Positions 61,319-64,000 of a DNA stretch of 64,000 nt are shown in pieces. Both the position numbers and the translations under genes were made by a program. The DNA comes from Monocercomonoides exilis PA203 (Eukaryota > Protista > Preaxostyla). Every line of letters starts with the position of its first letter. The stretch's first letter is position 1. A model generated the notes under the pieces. It made no database searches. It worked only from the letters and a program-made list of their open reading frames with translations, and was not told where the DNA came from. The DNA lies in contig LSRY02000023.1 in NCBI GenBank assembly GCA_001643675.2, forward strand, positions 1,240,001 to 1,304,000. Reading direction: 5' to 3'.

Positions 61319-62735
61319 TTGCTGCATGAATTGAATGAAAACGATGAGCTGAAACTTAAACAGAAAATCAAAGTAATGAATAAATTGTTCGAGGAAATGG
61401 ATTGCAAAGAAATTCATTCTGAAATCACAAGTGCAGTATCTTTTGAAATTTCCAAAATGATTAATGAGCAGAAAATATCCCTTGAAAGCGCAGTCTCCCT
61501 GTTGAAACAGATTGGATATCGCAATTTACTAAAAAACATATACATTGAGAAATTTGCCAGCTCTTTGGTAAATCCTGTGCTTACAACGATGATTCTCAAT
61601 GAAATAAAGAGAAAAGAAGCAAATAATGAAAAACTTCTGGTTGATCTTTGCGAATGTTATCTTGGTCTTCAACATTATTATTTCATAGAAGAAAATGTGC
61701 TTTCAACGTGCATTTCGTGTTTGCTGAAAGAAGCTTTGAACAAAGATGAAAGTATGAAGACGCAAAAGGAAGTTGAAATGGCTTTACTATCCTTAAGTGG
61801 GATTGATGCATCAACAGTTTGAGTATTTTTTATTTCAATTTAAACATTTTGATTAACTTTTTAAAACCTTTTTATTTGAATAGAAAATAAAAAGAAAACA
61901 TTATTTTGAAGAGATTACAGAAATAATCGAATATCATCAGGAGCATCACAACCTGACGCATCTTGCGTATCAATCAGCTTGGATGTTTTTGATTGACAGA
62001 TTGATTTGTGAGAAGGAGTTTGGAGGAACAGTTGTGAATAAGTTGCATTTTGCGAGAGAAGCAGTAAAAGAATTGGATTATTTGAAAGGATGCGTGGATT
62101 GGAAAAAGAGAGAAAAAAGTTTTATTAAAGCAAAAGAAATGTGGATTATTCAGAGATGGAATGCTGTACTGCGAAAATGCTTCAACTATTTGCAGTTTTA
62201 TGACGGAGTCGATGCCACATTTGTTGCATGCATCATCAATGTTTGCGAGGCAGCAAAGAAAAAGTACATAGACATGTTTTATGAATACTTAAGCTTGCTG
62301 AAAAGAATGGATAACATCAAATCAATGGACTGCCTGCTGAGAGGCGGGGCTGTTGATTACTTTCTGGTGAATATCTTTCAATCAACATTCGACAGAGAAC
62401 TGACAAAATTTAGCCTCAATTTCTTTTCAATACTTTCGAAAAGATTGAACAAAAAGAAGAAGAATGAAAATGATCAAAGTCGATTTGGGGAATTTGTCAA
62501 AATTGTGAGTTTTGCCTGGAACTTGCTGAGTGGAAATTCAGAAAAAGGAAGCGAAAATGCAAAGCGAGAGTTAGCGATAAAAATGACGATATTCGAAAAA
62601 TTGGAAGAAGAAGGATTCGAAGATGCAATTCTTAGCTTTAATGGATCATTTCTTGAATTGAAGTTTAATAAAAACATGTTGACAAATCCATCTGAATACA
62701 TCGTGTATGATTCATTTTTTGTTGCGTTTTTGTGA
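61319..62735 (+). CDS. Member of a lineage-specific expanded alpha-helical protein family (NEKLLVDLCECY / QKEVEMALL / YHQEHHNLT..AYQSAW motifs); 5' end degenerate
   Basis: Two ORFs join in frame via intron 61817-61883. An in-frame TGA at 61313 upstream makes the start uncertain (first ATG 61376). Family recalled from Monocercomonoides hypothetical proteins. Confidence 0.6.
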
Positions 62736-63060
62736 GAAAGAAACTCAGTTTGCCCTATGTCAACACCATTACAAACACACTTCCTTTTGATTTTGAAAAA
62801 TAATAAAAAATTTCAACTTCTCATCCAGCAAGGAAATACCTTTTCAAAATTCATTTAATAAAACCTATAATCTTAAAAAAAAACTATGCATGAAGTTTTT
62901 TATCATTTCTTTCAATAAAAATTGAAGAAGTTAATTCTTTTGTGAAGCTCTAAGCAATAAGGAGGATTGTTGAAGAACTATTTTTTTATCAAAAAATGAT
63001 GTTTTTCATAAGACAATTATTTTTTGGATCAGTTGATTTTTTTTATTTTTTCTAAAGACA

Positions 63061-64000
63061 ATGACAACACCTACTCGACCTCATACTGTTCTCTCAACAT
63101 CTACATCTTATTCAGAGGCTGGGGATTGGATTATAAACAACACTTACAAACTTTTTGTAAGAGAAATGCTTGGATCAGGCTCTTTTGGTGAAATTTACAG
63201 AGGTATCAATCTAATTACAAGAGAAGAAGTAGCAGTTAAAATAGAACGTGATACAGCACCCCAACCTCAACTTGCGATGGAAGCAAAATTGTATCAGTTA
63301 TTGAGAAGTTGCCTTGGATTTCCAAAACTTTATTATTATGGAGAGGAGAATGGATATCGTTGTCTTGTAATGGAATTGCTTGGGCCTAGCATCGAAGAAG
63401 TTTATGCGCGATGTGGAAGAATTTTTTGCTTGAAAACTGTGCTGATGTTAGCGGATCAGGCAATAACAAGACTCGAGCAACTTCATTCAAAAGCTTATGT
63501 TCATCGTGATATAAAGCCAGATAATTTTGTTCTTGGAAGATATCGAAGAGAAACAATTGTGCATATGATTGATCTCGGATTGGCAAAGCGATATTGTGAT
63601 CCAAAAACAAATGTCCATCTTCCATATCGAGACAAGAAAGGCATAACAGGAACTGTAAGATACGCAAGCATTAACACGCATCGCGGAATCGAGCAATCTA
63701 GAAGGGATGACATGGAATCTTTGGGCTACATGCTGGTATATCTTATGAGAGGTCATCTTCCTTGGCAAGGTGTTCGTGCACAAACAAGGAAATTGAAATA
63801 CATCAGAATTGGAGATGTTAAAATGCAAACAACAGCAGACGAGCTATGTAAGTATTGTCCGGAAGAATTTTCGGCTTATATCAATTACGTTAAATGTATG
63901 AATTTATTTTTTCCTTTCCTTTTTTTATAATGTATTCATTTAAAACATTTTTTGTCTTTCTACAAATTCTTCGATAATGCAATTTTTTATTTCATTCAAA
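63061..64000 (+). CDS. CSNK1: Casein kinase 1, partial (continues past window end; intron begins at about 63896)
   Basis: LGSGSFGEIY, VAVKIE, LVMELLGPSIE, LKTVLMLADQ, HRDIKPDNF, IDLGLAKRY, TGTVRYASINTH.GIEQSRRDDMESLGY, LPWQG. Confidence 0.96.

Overview
Eukaryotic DNA with short, AT-rich spliceosomal introns and the standard genetic code. The gene families and the extreme (TCT)n/(GAA)n-coded Ser/Glu tracts suggest an oxymonad such as Monocercomonoides (inference). 1-32.5 kb is gene-dense. It holds a giant minus-strand SPAG17/PF6-like gene that runs off the window start and is missing from the ORF track, a roughly 2,850-aa protein with an N-terminal cyclin fold and a C-terminal PAM2-like motif, DNAI2, a hypothetical gene, MOG1, DUS3 and PhLP3/TXNDC9. 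33-60 kb is accessory. It holds a 4.06-kb palindrome built from a dead Tc1 (DD34E) element plus a nested MITE, a beta-helix surface receptor cut from its pseudokinase tail by an in-frame TGA, decayed gene remnants, and a MITE with an 8-bp TSD. It also holds pogo/Fot1-like elements (one interrupted by a foldback MITE) and an intact Harbinger/ISL2EU-like transposase whose element appears to end just upstream of tRNA-Leu(CAA). The window ends with a lineage-specific family member and casein kinase 1. All identifications come from motif recognition by eye; no database searches were run.
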